This document shows, in pieces, positions 49,022 through 59,403 of a DNA stretch of 64,000 nucleotides (positions are counted from its first letter, which is position 1; each line of letters opens with the position of its first letter). The translations under genes and the position numbers were made by a program. The notes beneath the pieces are model-generated. The model did no database searches and had not been told where the DNA came from. It was given only the letters and a program-made list of their open reading frames with translations. Location: IMG/VR virus record IMGVR_UViG_3300020447_000004; one strand, 5' to 3'. The stretch is from an uncultured virus (IMG/VR IMGVR_UViG_3300020447_000004). Its lineage: Duplodnaviria; Heunggongvirae; Uroviricota; Caudoviricetes.

Positions 49022-49501
49022 ATGAAGACCGCTCAGGAATACCGTGACATGGCCGCTGACTCTGCCCGCAAGCGTCAGGAGTCTTTCGACCGCTGCGATA
49101 CCGATGGCTTCGTGTCTCAGTACTGTGATGGTCTGAACCGGAATCTCTACCTGCGTATGGCCGAGATCGCTGAGAATGGCGGTAAGGCCGAGTTCCGGGG
49201 CCTCTTCCTTCGGGAAACGGGCGAGCGTGTGAAGGCAGTCCTGCGAGAGGGCCAGTGGGGCTACTACTGGATGCTCCTCGACGCCAACGGGAAGCCCACG
49301 GGTACCTTTGTGCCCGATAGCAAGGGGACCAAGCGCTCCAAGATGTACAAGCTGGGGTTTGAGGTGCGGATGGAGATGGTGCCCGCAGATGCTCGGTTTG
49401 GTGGCAGTGGAAAGGGCTTCTCGGGCCTCTCCACGGTGTACATCGAGACGTACCGGACGGATGGCGGATGTCCCAAGGATGCGGTGGTGGTGAATGTCTG
49501 A
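49022..49501 (+). CDS. hypothetical protein
   Basis: GGAG RBS after promoter motif, 159 aa. Confidence 0.75.
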   Translation: MKTAQEYRDMAADSARKRQESFDRCDTDGFVSQYCDGLNRNLYLRMAEIAENGGKAEFRGLFLRETGERVKAVLREGQWGYYWMLLDANGKPTGTFVPDSKGTKRSKMYKLGFEVRMEMVPADARFGGSGKGFSGLSTVYIETYRTDGGCPKDAVVVNV

Positions 49502-50036
49502 TACCCCTTAGATAGTCCGCTCACGGTACACGTGACATTCAGAGACACAACAGGGAGTGACTCCCCGGATAACCGAGAAGTCACTCATGGAGGTATTATG
49601 TCGACTACAGTCCTGCTCATCGTGGAGCATGAAGACCCCAAGGAGCTGACAGGTACGGGCATTTTTGGATGCCGCGCTCCCGTAGTAGAGCGTACCCGGT
49701 CTCGTCCTGACCTACCGTTGACTCAGGCGGAGATGGAGGGAGTCTGGAAGCCGTGGAAAACCGCTCGCAAGTTAGAGCATGGAGGTGACGGAATGTATGG
49801 CACCTTCGGCAAGGATTACGAAAGGGCTCTGGTCATGGGCCATGGCGGGAGGGTCATGCATGAGTCCCTCCGCCGAATCCTACCTCATATCCCAGGAGGT
49901 GAGGCTGAGTATATCTTGGCTACAATGGTAGGACTACTCATGGATCCCGAATCGGATGATCCTGACGGGCTTAGGGACAACACCCTACTCAAGCTCCCGG
50001 GCCAGCTGGATGTGGTAGACCTGGAGCCCGAAACTA

Positions 50037-50062
50037 TCTGACTTTTGGGCTTTTACTCGTCT
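50037..50062 (+). promoter_or_regulatory. TCTGAC-N15-CGTC variant promoter
   Basis: Only copy with a 15-nt spacer; upstream of ATG 50088. Confidence 0.6.
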
Positions 50063-50316
50063 ACTATTTGCAACCACGGAGTCCTCGATGTATGAAAAGA
50101 TGTGGGACCTACTTTTTGCGGCGTTGAGCGAGCTTCCACACTACATGTCCTACCGTCCCTACATGAAGCGCGCTCATGCGGCCTACATGAACAACCAACC
50201 CGCCACTTCGATGACGATCCTTTGCGAGAATGCACAGGAGGTTCATCTGCTGTGCCCCAAAGCCTACAAGGTGATGCTCAAGATCCCCCACAACGCTTTC
50301 TGACCCTGAGAAAATC

Positions 50317-50343
50317 TCTGACTTTCGGGCAGCTCAAACGTCT
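50317..50343 (+). promoter_or_regulatory. TCTGAC-N16-CGTC ECF-like phage promoter
   Basis: Motif copy upstream of ATG 50373. Confidence 0.75.
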
Positions 50344-50689
50344 GCTGTATGTACCCAAACGGAGAAACCGAAATGTCTCAGTCGTATTTTGTTCACGCGG
50401 TGGTCCGAGAGATCCAGGGCGGGGATCTGGATCGCGCCCGCGGTCTACTGGCCTCCCGCCCCACCTGTGCGGCTCGTCTGACGCGCGCTCAGCAGGACCT
50501 GATCAACCGCACTGCGATGTCGCGGTGGTGCCTTCCTCCTCTTGTGTGAGGTAGCCGTGCTTCTACTTCGTCTACTTTGTTTTCCCGTCACTCTCTGGGC
50601 TACTCGAAGTGCGTGGGTGTACTGGTATCTGTGTATCCCTCTCAAAGAGACACGTCATCAAGTGCGTGCAACATTCCGGAGTCTGTGTC

Positions 50690-52072
50690 ATGGGTGAAGT
50701 ACTTCCCTACAACATTGTAGATGCCGTCATCTCGAATCGTGACGCAGCGATGCGTGACATGGAAGAAGCGGTAGCTCTGATTCAGAGGGGACATGCTCTG
50801 GCTCGCCAAGCTCTGAACACTTCCATGGATGCCCATAAGGGGACTCCACCAGAGGATATGTCCTTTGAGACTACGGCAGAGTATGATCGTCTCTTTTTTC
50901 ACTTCGATGCTGATAAGAGCATGGCAGCTTTTCGACGTCAAACTGATATCCGTGTGTGGGTCCATTTGATGGGCCTGACGGGTATGTACAATCTTATGGA
51001 CAAGGAAGCGCGTGACAAGTTTCGAGCACAGCTAAAAGCGGAAGTGCCCGAAGTGAATCGGGACAATCTGGAAGCCACAGCGCATGGGTTGCAGAATGAT
51101 GCACGTCTCATCTTCCTACGATCTGTAGCAAACGCTTTCTCCAACTTGGATCGGCGGTTCAAGTCTCACGACGCATTCAAGATCGGGTCTCGCATCATCC
51201 TCACCAACGTCTTTACTGACTGGGGATACTGGAATTACCACTCAAACATGCGGGACGTGTTCGCGGATCTGGAGAGGGTGTTTGCGGTCCTGGACGGAAA
51301 GACTCCCCAACCTGATAAGCTCTGGAAGAAAGTCGATGAAGGCCGTCAGGGGTTCGGGGCGATGCAGTCTCTTACGGAAACGGAATACTTCCGGATCCGT
51401 ACGTTCAAGAACGGGAATGCTCACTTCTGGTTTCTGCGGGATGACCTTGTCGAAAAAGCCAACCTACTCCTGGCAGAATACTATGGAGAAGTGCTGCCTG
51501 ATGCGGTGGGTCCTACTACGTCTACGAAGGACTTCCGGTCCAAGTCAGGTGCTCTCTGCAAAGACCTGAGCTTCTATCCCACCCCGACCAAAGTCATCAC
51601 TCAGATGATGGGCCGGCTATACGGCGAAAACCTCCGTATTCTGGAGCCGTCTGCCGGTACCGGGAACATGGTCCGACATCTACTCACCAAAGGTCATCGT
51701 GTGGATGCGGTGGAAGTAGACCCTATGCGGTACCAACAGCTGTGCCAAATCCGAAGCCCTAAGGTGACGGTGACACATGCAAACTTCCTGTGTATGACTC
51801 CTGTAGCCGAGTACGATGCGGTCGTCATGAACCCCCCCTTCTACGGGACCCACTACATGGAACACGTAGAGCACGCCTACCGATACCTCAAGACGCGCGG
51901 CACTCTACTGGCCGTTCTCCCCTACACGGTGCGTCTGGGCACGACCAAGAAGCACAAGGCTTTCCGGAAGTGGGTGAAAGACAATCGGGGCCACTTCTAT
52001 GACCTCCCTCCGTGTAGCTTCGAGGAGTCCGGTACCCGGATCAACACGGTCTGGCTGGAAATTGGTAAATAG
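50690..52072 (+). CDS. DUF4942-like domain fused to class I SAM (adenine) methyltransferase
   Basis: FKSHDAFKIGSRIIL, FKNGNAHFWF, FYPTP, ILEPSAGTG, VMNPPF, FEESGT. Confidence 0.85.
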   Translation: MGEVLPYNIVDAVISNRDAAMRDMEEAVALIQRGHALARQALNTSMDAHKGTPPEDMSFETTAEYDRLFFHFDADKSMAAFRRQTDIRVWVHLMGLTGMYNLMDKEARDKFRAQLKAEVPEVNRDNLEATAHGLQNDARLIFLRSVANAFSNLDRRFKSHDAFKIGSRIILTNVFTDWGYWNYHSNMRDVFADLERVFAVLDGKTPQPDKLWKKVDEGRQGFGAMQSLTETEYFRIRTFKNGNAHFWFLRDDLVEKANLLLAEYYGEVLPDAVGPTTSTKDFRSKSGALCKDLSFYPTPTKVITQMMGRLYGENLRILEPSAGTGNMVRHLLTKGHRVDAVEVDPMRYQQLCQIRSPKVTVTHANFLCMTPVAEYDAVVMNPPFYGTHYMEHVEHAYRYLKTRGTLLAVLPYTVRLGTTKKHKAFRKWVKDNRGHFYDLPPCSFEESGTRINTVWLEIGK

Positions 52073-52124
52073 TCCTGGACACATCACCTCCCCTATGATA
52101 GTCTCGTAGGAAACCGGAGGTGAC

Positions 52125-52367
52125 ATGGGCTATCATATTCGACCCATCCAAAAGGGGGTGCTCGGTACCCCCTCCAAGATTCAAGAGGAGCTGGACGAGC
52201 TGAAGGACGCGATCGAACAGGATGTCAAGATTTTGGCTATTGTCGAACTCTCCGATATCTATGGTGCTCTGGAAGCTGTGGCAGACTCCTATGGAATGAC
52301 CATGCAAGATCTGGCCAAGATGCACCAGTGCACCAAACGCGCCTTCCTATCGGGAGATCGTACATGA
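52125..52367 (+). CDS. small all-alpha NTP pyrophosphohydrolase (MazG-like) protein
   Basis: KIQEELDELKDA...VELSDIYGAL (ExxE..ExxD). Confidence 0.6.
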   Translation: MGYHIRPIQKGVLGTPSKIQEELDELKDAIEQDVKILAIVELSDIYGALEAVADSYGMTMQDLAKMHQCTKRAFLSGDRT

Positions 52368-52936
52368 AGCTGCCTCCTATCGACTATGCTCGAATCTCCC
52401 GTGCAATAGACTGGTACGTCTCAGCAGGATATACGTATATCGAGGTGCCGTGGTACACTTCTCGCGAAATCGCCACAGCTCTCATGCCGCCCGATAAGGT
52501 CCGGAACCGCCCCTACCAGTTACCCGATGATATGGAGCTGGTAGGGTCCGGCGAAGTAGCTTTGGTGGGGATGCTTTCTCGTGGAGCCTTGACGCCAGAG
52601 ACATTCTATGTTACATGTACTCCGTGTTTTCGGTGGGAGCCTGACTGCTCGGTCACACACCTGCCTCAGTTTCTCAAGGTCGAGCTATTCCACAGCGGAC
52701 CCTGGGATGCGTCATCACGCATCTTAGAGGAGGCTGAGCGTTTTTTGTCTGACGAATCGATCGGTCTGTCCGGAACTGTGAAGACTTCAGAGGGCCATGA
52801 CATCAATATCCACGGTATCGAAGTCGGGTCGTATGGCTACCGGTATCGTGGATATCAAAGTCTCAGCTGGTCCTATGGAACAGGGCTGGCAGAGCCTCGC
52901 ACATCCTACGCACTCCAACAGGGAGATAAATCATGA
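52364..52936 (+). CDS. stand-alone class II aminoacyl-tRNA-synthetase-like catalytic domain
   Basis: Motif 1-like GYTYIEVPW, motif 2-like PCFRWEP..HLPQFLKVEL, IEVGSYG, motif 3-like GTGLAEPR; 190 aa. Confidence 0.72.
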   Translation: MKLPPIDYARISRAIDWYVSAGYTYIEVPWYTSREIATALMPPDKVRNRPYQLPDDMELVGSGEVALVGMLSRGALTPETFYVTCTPCFRWEPDCSVTHLPQFLKVELFHSGPWDASSRILEEAERFLSDESIGLSGTVKTSEGHDINIHGIEVGSYGYRYRGYQSLSWSYGTGLAEPRTSYALQQGDKS

Positions 52937-53146
52937 AGCTCCGAAGCGTCAAGACGCTGGTACTCACCGAAGACGAGGTCACGGAAGCCGTTATCCTATG
53001 GCTACGATCCAGGGAGGGGCGTATCTACCAAAAGATCGCGGGTCATATGGATCTCAACCGTGTGTCAGTTGACACTCACGAAGAGGGGTTCGCTTTCGAC
53101 ATGGATGGTATGTGGGAGGAACCTATCTCTGAGGAGTCCGTTTAAG

Positions 53147-53731
53147 ATGTCACCTACCGAAGAGAAGCTACATCAACAGTTCTGTATAGATATCCAGGAG
53201 GGGGTTAATGCCAGAGACCTGGGAGACGTAAAGCTGTTAGACGTCGACATCATCGGCGTATCTCCAACCCATCGCCTCCGCAGTTGGGCACTCCTGAACC
53301 TATCGCGCCTCTTAGCTGCCAGTGCGGGCATAGCTATTTCCAGCTTGTTGGGGTTCCTTGCCTCAGCGGCATGGATACCGTGGGCTGCGTGGCCATCTCT
53401 GGCCCTTTCAGGGCTGGCGTCTATCTGTCTAATGTACCTGATAGGTTGGGAGGGGTCGCGGCCCAGAGTCCCCATGTACATTTGCCCTCGAACCCACCCT
53501 CTGTCGGGTGAGCCTCGGATCGTGGTAACTCCATCGGTTTCTGAGTTGCTTCGCACCTTCCCTGACATGCCCTATGACGAGATTGTGAGGGCGGTCCTCC
53601 GAGACATACCCCCTAAGCTCTCACAAAGAAGGGAAGAGGCGATCCGTAAGCAAGCAGAAAACCTGTCCCTCAAGCGTCGAATGCGAGACGCATTGAGAGA
53701 CCCCGCGGAGCCGTCATCCAATGACTCCTGA
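53147..53731 (+). CDS. hypothetical membrane protein
   Basis: Two hydrophobic segments. Confidence 0.6.
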   Translation: MSPTEEKLHQQFCIDIQEGVNARDLGDVKLLDVDIIGVSPTHRLRSWALLNLSRLLAASAGIAISSLLGFLASAAWIPWAAWPSLALSGLASICLMYLIGWEGSRPRVPMYICPRTHPLSGEPRIVVTPSVSELLRTFPDMPYDEIVRAVLRDIPPKLSQRREEAIRKQAENLSLKRRMRDALRDPAEPSSNDS

Positions 53732-54371
53732 AGAAACTCCCGAAGCCCGTGCCAACCGCTTCTTCCAACATATCTGGGATTCAGAGTATAGCCCTACGAT
53801 TCGAGCGGCCCTTCAATCCGGGCATGGTATCGAACAGCTCACCGCTTTTGAGTACAACCCTACCCATGACCCTGTATGGTGGCGCCGGCTTCGGACAGTT
53901 TCCGTAGTGACAGTTTCCACTGTGTTATCTTTTGTACTATTTGTGGTGGTACTGCCTCCCTCTGACCCTCAGATCGCTGACATGATCTGTAATGTCCTTG
54001 GTGTTCCCTCTCTTAGCTATGTACTTTCCCACCACCTTTTTAGATGGTTACCCTCTCCGATGCGGTCCGGACCCCTTACTCTGCGAGTCCTGCCCTCCGG
54101 AGTGTGTGAGAGATATGAAGAGGAGTGCCTTACCTTCACGGACTTGGTGGACAAGTACCCCGGACTGGATCTGGCAGACTATCTCAGGCCCTTCAAAAAT
54201 CTTGTAGCAGACCTGAAAAAGGACCTACCTACAGAGACTCAAACGAGTACCCCTCTATCCACCAGCCACAAGGCTATCGCCCAACTGAATGCATTGGAAG
54301 ATGGATACATGGAAAAGACACGTACAGCAGTAGAATCCCTAAAAGCCTATGAGGAGGTATCGAATGTCTGA
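53721..54371 (+). CDS. hypothetical membrane protein
   Basis: Two hydrophobic segments, similar layout to the upstream gene. Confidence 0.6.
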   Translation: MTPEETPEARANRFFQHIWDSEYSPTIRAALQSGHGIEQLTAFEYNPTHDPVWWRRLRTVSVVTVSTVLSFVLFVVVLPPSDPQIADMICNVLGVPSLSYVLSHHLFRWLPSPMRSGPLTLRVLPSGVCERYEEECLTFTDLVDKYPGLDLADYLRPFKNLVADLKKDLPTETQTSTPLSTSHKAIAQLNALEDGYMEKTRTAVESLKAYEEVSNV

Positions 54372-54657
54372 ATGGTATGCGTACATCGTGGAATGTGGGG
54401 ACAACACCCTATACACCGGAACCACTAACAGTCTGGAGAGACGGCTAAGGCAGCACAATGGTTTGGAGAGGGGCGGATCCAAGTACACCCGGTCTCGCCG
54501 TCCTGTCAAGTTCGTGTACGTAGAGAAGTGTGGGGACCGCTCCGCTGCCCTCAAGAGAGAGTACGAGATCAGGAATCTGTCTCGTGAAGAGAAGCTATCA
54601 TATGCATCACAATCAACTCTCGATCTACCCGTCTTAGATGATACTCAAGAAGAGTAG
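54364..54657 (+). CDS. GIY-YIG nuclease (UPF0213-like)
   Basis: WYAYIVECGDNTLYTGTTN..RRLRQHN..GSKYTRSRRPV..ALKRE. Confidence 0.9.
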   Translation: MSEWYAYIVECGDNTLYTGTTNSLERRLRQHNGLERGGSKYTRSRRPVKFVYVEKCGDRSAALKREYEIRNLSREEKLSYASQSTLDLPVLDDTQEE

Positions 54658-55239
54658 AGTAGGAGTGCTCGGGTTGAATATGGAGCGCATGGATACGGTT
54701 CCACCTGCCACGGTTCTCGACCGGTGAGTAAAACGACGCATCACAGTGAGAGCACACCCGTATGGGGTCCTCTTTAAGGACTGTAGTATTCAGGTTGCGG
54801 CCTGTCCTGAATGATGCTACAGGCTTTGTGTTTAGCTCTTCGCAGCACCCGCACACCCATTCCACCAAGGGGTGAGGTCCCGTGGATCTGTAGACCGATC
54901 GCATCAAGTAGGACCCGAGCCCCGAAGAACGTGCTTCGGGTAGCAGGTCCCCCATGCAGAAATACCCTCTGTGGATGCATTCGTCAAATCCCACATACTT
55001 GTGCATGACAAACCCTAAATCGATCTGACATGCGGAGCATGTAGGTCTCGTATACGATATGTCAGGTGCCATACAACTACCACAGTAGTCTCGGTGGTCC
55101 AGTCCCACTAATGTTGTCACGTGGAGCTGCATATTTGAGGCACCTCAGCAATTTGAAGTGGCGGTATCTGCACAAGGTGTTACACTGAAAGTGCTACTCC
55201 CCCTATCGCCACCTACAATACGAATATTCAGGTGATGGC

Positions 55240-55611
55240 ATGACCACACTCTACCACGGATCTCACTCGGCCCTGACGATGGGTCATGAAGGCCAGTGCT
55301 TCACGGATGACCTCGAAGTCGCGATAACCTTTGCGGGCTCTCATGGTAAGGTCTTTCGGGTAGAGATGGACCTGGAATCTCTGGTGTGGGAAGAGTGTGA
55401 AGGGTACGACCATGACACGAATGAGTGCCTCGCAGACAATGACGGCTACCGTAGTCGCGCATGTGCGCGCGGGGTGGATGTTCTGGCGTATGACGACGAA
55501 GATGAATGTGGTCGCAGCCTGACGTGCTGGCGTATCCTGTCGCACAAGGCCATAGAAATGGTGCGGACCTCTGCCCAGGCCCTCTCTCAAAAAGACCTCG
55601 AAAATCTCTGA
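55240..55611 (+). CDS. small ADP-ribosyltransferase-fold-like protein
   Basis: LYHGS...CFTDDLEVAITFAG..GKVFRV pattern typical of ART-fold strands. Confidence 0.5.
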   Translation: MTTLYHGSHSALTMGHEGQCFTDDLEVAITFAGSHGKVFRVEMDLESLVWEECEGYDHDTNECLADNDGYRSRACARGVDVLAYDDEDECGRSLTCWRILSHKAIEMVRTSAQALSQKDLENL

Positions 55612-55633
55612 CTTTTGGTCGGTGAAAACGTCT
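55607..55633 (+). promoter_or_regulatory. TCTGAC-N16-CGTC ECF-like phage promoter
   Basis: Motif copy upstream of ATG 55663. Confidence 0.75.
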
Positions 55634-55897
55634 CTGACCTGACCCACTAACATGGAGATGAAATGATGTCCCGATCCGCCCTGGCACGTAAGGCAAACCG
55701 AGCGATCTTCCTTGTGGATAGCGGCACTGATGAGCAGATTGAGGCATTCGAAGACGCCGAAGGGGCCGCACTATCAACGGTGCTCGATGACCTGTGGGAT
55801 CTCGCGGAGGAGACGGGAAATGTCTCCCTTTCCGAGCGGCTGGAACGCGCATTCAACCGCCTTACGGGCTGACCTCTCTTCCTAACTCTCAAACATC

Positions 55898-55924
55898 TCT
55901 GACTTTTGAGACCTTCAAACGTCC
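55898..55924 (+). promoter_or_regulatory. TCTGAC-N16-CGTC ECF-like phage promoter
   Basis: Motif copy upstream of ATG 55955. Confidence 0.75.
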
Positions 55925-56435
55925 CTACCCTGTATCTACTCGCATGGAGAATTCATGTCCGCAAAGACCTACTGCCCAGCCGTCACTCCCAAGACCTTTC
56001 GGGCGCCTGACATGTCGAGTTGGGGCATCTCTGAGCCTGAGATGATCCTGGAGCTGAACCGTCGACGTGATTTCTATAACACCTATGACAAGGGTCACTG
56101 GACGTGTGACGTCATCTTCAACATCCCTGAAGCCAGCCGTGCCGGTGGGCCGGGGGGATGGGCGCTCCACGGGTGGACTGCGGAGGGTCAGGGTCGTCTC
56201 GTTACTGGTGGGCCCATGGTGCAAGGCCCCCACGCAAGTCTGTTTGGACGGGCTTCGTGTCTGGCGGCTCGCTACGAAAATAGCACGGCGGGAGAGCACG
56301 AGCGCGCCAAGGCCGAGGGACGGTACATCACTCTGCGTGAAGGCGATCGTATCGAGTGCCCCGATGGCACCTTCGAGCTGTCTCTTTGTCGACGTGGCTA
56401 CCCCAAGCTGACCAAGATCTGAAAGGAGTGCCTGT

Positions 56436-56777
56436 ATGGCTATCGAAATCCGCCACACCTACCGCGATGATGGGTCCCTTCTCAGGACCACCTACCACTC
56501 CCGGAAGTCTCCGGGGTCGCCTTGGGAGCGTCACCGTGAGAAGGGTCCCGCAGTCCTGACCTTTTGGGCGTCCGGTATGCTGCGGAGTGTCGAATACTAC
56601 CGAGAGGGTAAGGTCCACCGTGAAGACGGACCTGCGGTCCTGAAATATTACCCCAGCGGAAAGCTCCGCACGGAGGAATACGCGCAGCAGGGTGTACTTA
56701 CACCGCTGCACGAGGGAGGCCCCGCCTTCATTGATTACAATGAGGAAGGGACGGAGATCCGAACATCGAAAATCTAA
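56436..56777 (+). CDS. HRxDGPA-repeat protein
   Basis: HREKGPA, HREDGPA, EGGPA. Confidence 0.8.
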   Translation: MAIEIRHTYRDDGSLLRTTYHSRKSPGSPWERHREKGPAVLTFWASGMLRSVEYYREGKVHREDGPAVLKYYPSGKLRTEEYAQQGVLTPLHEGGPAFIDYNEEGTEIRTSKI

Positions 56778-56784
56778 GAAAGTC

Positions 56785-56811
56785 TCTGACTTTCGGAGTG
56801 CTGATACGTCT
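56785..56811 (+). promoter_or_regulatory. TCTGAC-N16-CGTC ECF-like phage promoter
   Basis: Motif copy upstream of GTG 56841. Confidence 0.75.
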
Positions 56812-57138
56812 CTACTGTGTACTCAAACGGAGAAACTCTCGTGACCCTACTTGGAATCGACCATCTGGTGGCTGCCTACACTCCTGAGCTGGAGCGTCAT
56901 GTCAACGTCACTCAGCACGCACCCTCGGCCGAGTATGTGCACGGAGTAACCACACTCGACCGTGTAGATGACGGGCGGCGCGTGGGCCGTCTGTGGTCGG
57001 AGGACGGACTCACCTACAACGTGGTCATGCGCAGGTACGTCGGTACTGCTGAGATCGGTACGCGATCCTACTACACCCTTCCGGACTACCGGACCGCTGT
57101 CATGGTCCTGCTGTCTCGCGCTCATGTGGAAGAAAAAC

Positions 57139-57165
57139 TCTGACTTTTGAGGTGCTCGTGCGTCT
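57139..57165 (+). promoter_or_regulatory. TCTGAC-N16-CGTC ECF-like phage promoter
   Basis: Motif copy upstream of ATG 57195. Confidence 0.78.
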
Positions 57166-57194
57166 CTTACCTGTACCCACTACGGAGAAATAAA

Positions 57195-57536
57195 ATGTAC
57201 CCGCGAGAAGAAAACGTCACCCTGCCCAACGGTATCACCATCCAGTCTTTCTACGATGATGAGGGGAAGCTGCATCGAGACGGTGGGCCTGCTCAGGTCT
57301 CCCGCAGGGCCGATGGGTCACTCATCAGTCTGGCATGGTATCGACACGGGGTCCTGCATCGTGAGGGTGGGGCTGCTAAGCGGACTTACTATCTGGATGG
57401 GTCTTGTATCGTGCAGTGGTTTCGGGATGGGAAGCCTCACCGCGATGATGGACCTGCGTGGGTTCAATACAACTCCGAGGGGGTGAATGAGGTGACGGCT
57501 TTGATGAAGGATGGAAAGTGGGTGGAAAGTCTCTGA
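57195..57536 (+). CDS. HRxDGPA-repeat protein
   Basis: HRDGGPA, HREGGAA, HRDDGPA. Confidence 0.8.
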   Translation: MYPREENVTLPNGITIQSFYDDEGKLHRDGGPAQVSRRADGSLISLAWYRHGVLHREGGAAKRTYYLDGSCIVQWFRDGKPHRDDGPAWVQYNSEGVNEVTALMKDGKWVESL

Positions 57537-57558
57537 CTTTTGGTGCTCTCAAACGTCT
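57532..57558 (+). promoter_or_regulatory. TCTGAC-N16-CGTC ECF-like phage promoter
   Basis: Motif copy upstream of ATG 57587. Confidence 0.78.
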
Positions 57559-58399
57559 ACTGGCTGTACCCACTACGGAGCCACAAATGTCCTCCCTCTT
57601 CGCGAACCTCTTCACTACGTCTACTCCCGACACTCGCCCCGCATGGGCGCAGCGTGAAGGTGAGTGGCGCGTCTCTCACCTGGACCGTCTCCAGGCAGGT
57701 CTCCGGGCTCTCCCCTCGGTAGACGGCGATGTCTACGCGGAGTACGACGGGTCTACCTCCTTCTGGGTGAGCTACCGCGACAACCGCGACCCTGATATGT
57801 GGCAGAACCGTCTCAAGACCCTGGCACATAACCTCAGGAGTGAGGGCCTCAAGGCCAAGACTGTACGGCGTCGGGGCCGTGTGGTGGGCGTGCGTGTCTC
57901 TGACCCCTCCCCGATTGCCTCCCTGTAGAACCTCTGGAGAGACCATGTCAGCCCCTATCCGGCCCGAAGACGTCCCTACGTGGATGAAGAACCAATTCTC
58001 GCTGGAGCGTCGAGTCCAGTGGCTGGACGGCCGTAAAGGGTCGTGGCGCCCCGGAGAAACGTTTGAACACCATCTACACCTATCCACCCGTCAGTGGACC
58101 TCCAAAGGGCACACATACAAACCTCACCTCTATGGGACGTTGCAGAGTAGTCTCAATGGGTACCGTGTGCACATCTGGGTCTGGGCCCACTTCTTCGCAG
58201 TGCGGCACGGAGGATATAAGGCCGAAATCGTGGTCGAAACGAGTGGGATCCGGGGTGTGATGCCGCATCGTCGTCTGGAAGGTCATGTCTTCTTCACGAG
58301 TGAGGAAAATGCTCCCAAGAAGCTGAACAAGGTGCTACGAGAGATGCGGGAAACCCTTCTAAGTGACGCCACGTAATCCTACCTCCCAGGAGATACCTC

Positions 58400-58831
58400 A
58401 TGACCGAACCCAATCGAATCTACCGTACGGATGGTACCCTCCAGCAGGTGGAATACCGCAATGATGAGGGAGACCTGCACCGTGATGGCGGGCCGGCTCT
58501 CACCACGTACCGACAGGATGGGAGCACCCTTCTCTGTGAGTACTACTATCAGAACGGACTGCTGCACCGTGAGGGTGCCCCCGCTGTCAAGGAGTATTGG
58601 TCTTCTGGACAGATCCGATGTATCGACTACTACCAAGACGGCCGTATGCATCGCGAAGGCCATCCCGCTCTCACGGAATACCGGAAAGACGGGTCGGTGT
58701 GGTATGAGGAATACTGTCTGGAGGGACGAAAGCATCGCACGGATGGTCCGGCAACTCGTGAAATCCTGCCGGATGGAACTCCCAGGTACGAAACATACTA
58801 CCTACACGGAGAAAAAGTAAAAAGTCTCTGA
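58400..58831 (+). CDS. HRxDGPA-repeat protein
   Basis: Four repeats. Confidence 0.82.
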   Translation: MTEPNRIYRTDGTLQQVEYRNDEGDLHRDGGPALTTYRQDGSTLLCEYYYQNGLLHREGAPAVKEYWSSGQIRCIDYYQDGRMHREGHPALTEYRKDGSVWYEEYCLEGRKHRTDGPATREILPDGTPRYETYYLHGEKVKSL

Positions 58832-58853
58832 CTTTTTCTCCTCCCAAACGTCT
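58827..58853 (+). promoter_or_regulatory. TCTGAC-N16-CGTC ECF-like phage promoter
   Basis: Motif copy upstream of ATG 58881. Confidence 0.78.
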
Positions 58854-59403
58854 ACTGACTGTAAAACCCGGAGAGCTACCATGTTTGCCACCATGACCCT
58901 GGACTCTGTGCTCGCTACCCTGTCGCGCCCTACGGACACGGTGACAATCGGCTTCAACAACGCTGTCAAGCTGATCGCTGAATCGAACGGCCGCCTGACG
59001 TGGCTTGATGCAGGGGACAGTTGGGCGCGGGTGTGCCTCGCTCGAAAGGGCAGCGAGTACCCTCCTCTGACCTGCTAAGGAGAAAACAACATGAACGTCT
59101 ACATGCTCCTCGCAAACCGTCCCAGTGCACTCGACTACAACCGCTCGGTGACCGCCCTCATCGGCATCTACCAGAACTCCGCTGCCCTCAAGTGTGAGGT
59201 CAAGATCCAGACCGCGGTCGATAACCACTACGATGAGTATCGTGTCGAGCGAATGTCTTTGGATGACCCGTACCTGGGAGAGCTTTTGCACTCCACGGGA
59301 CGACGGGTCTGGGATCGGGATAGCGGTATGATCTCGGATGACGAATGGGCGGCAATCCTGCAGGAAGGCTGACCACACAGAAACAACAGACTCGGGAGAA
59401 AGA

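Noticed and set aside
35942..58853. The repeated TCTGACTTT motif as a CRISPR array or integron attC-like cassette sites
   Set aside because: Copies are separated by whole genes at irregular distances, only two short boxes are conserved, there is no palindromic attC structure, and no cas or integrase gene is present. A promoter fits better.
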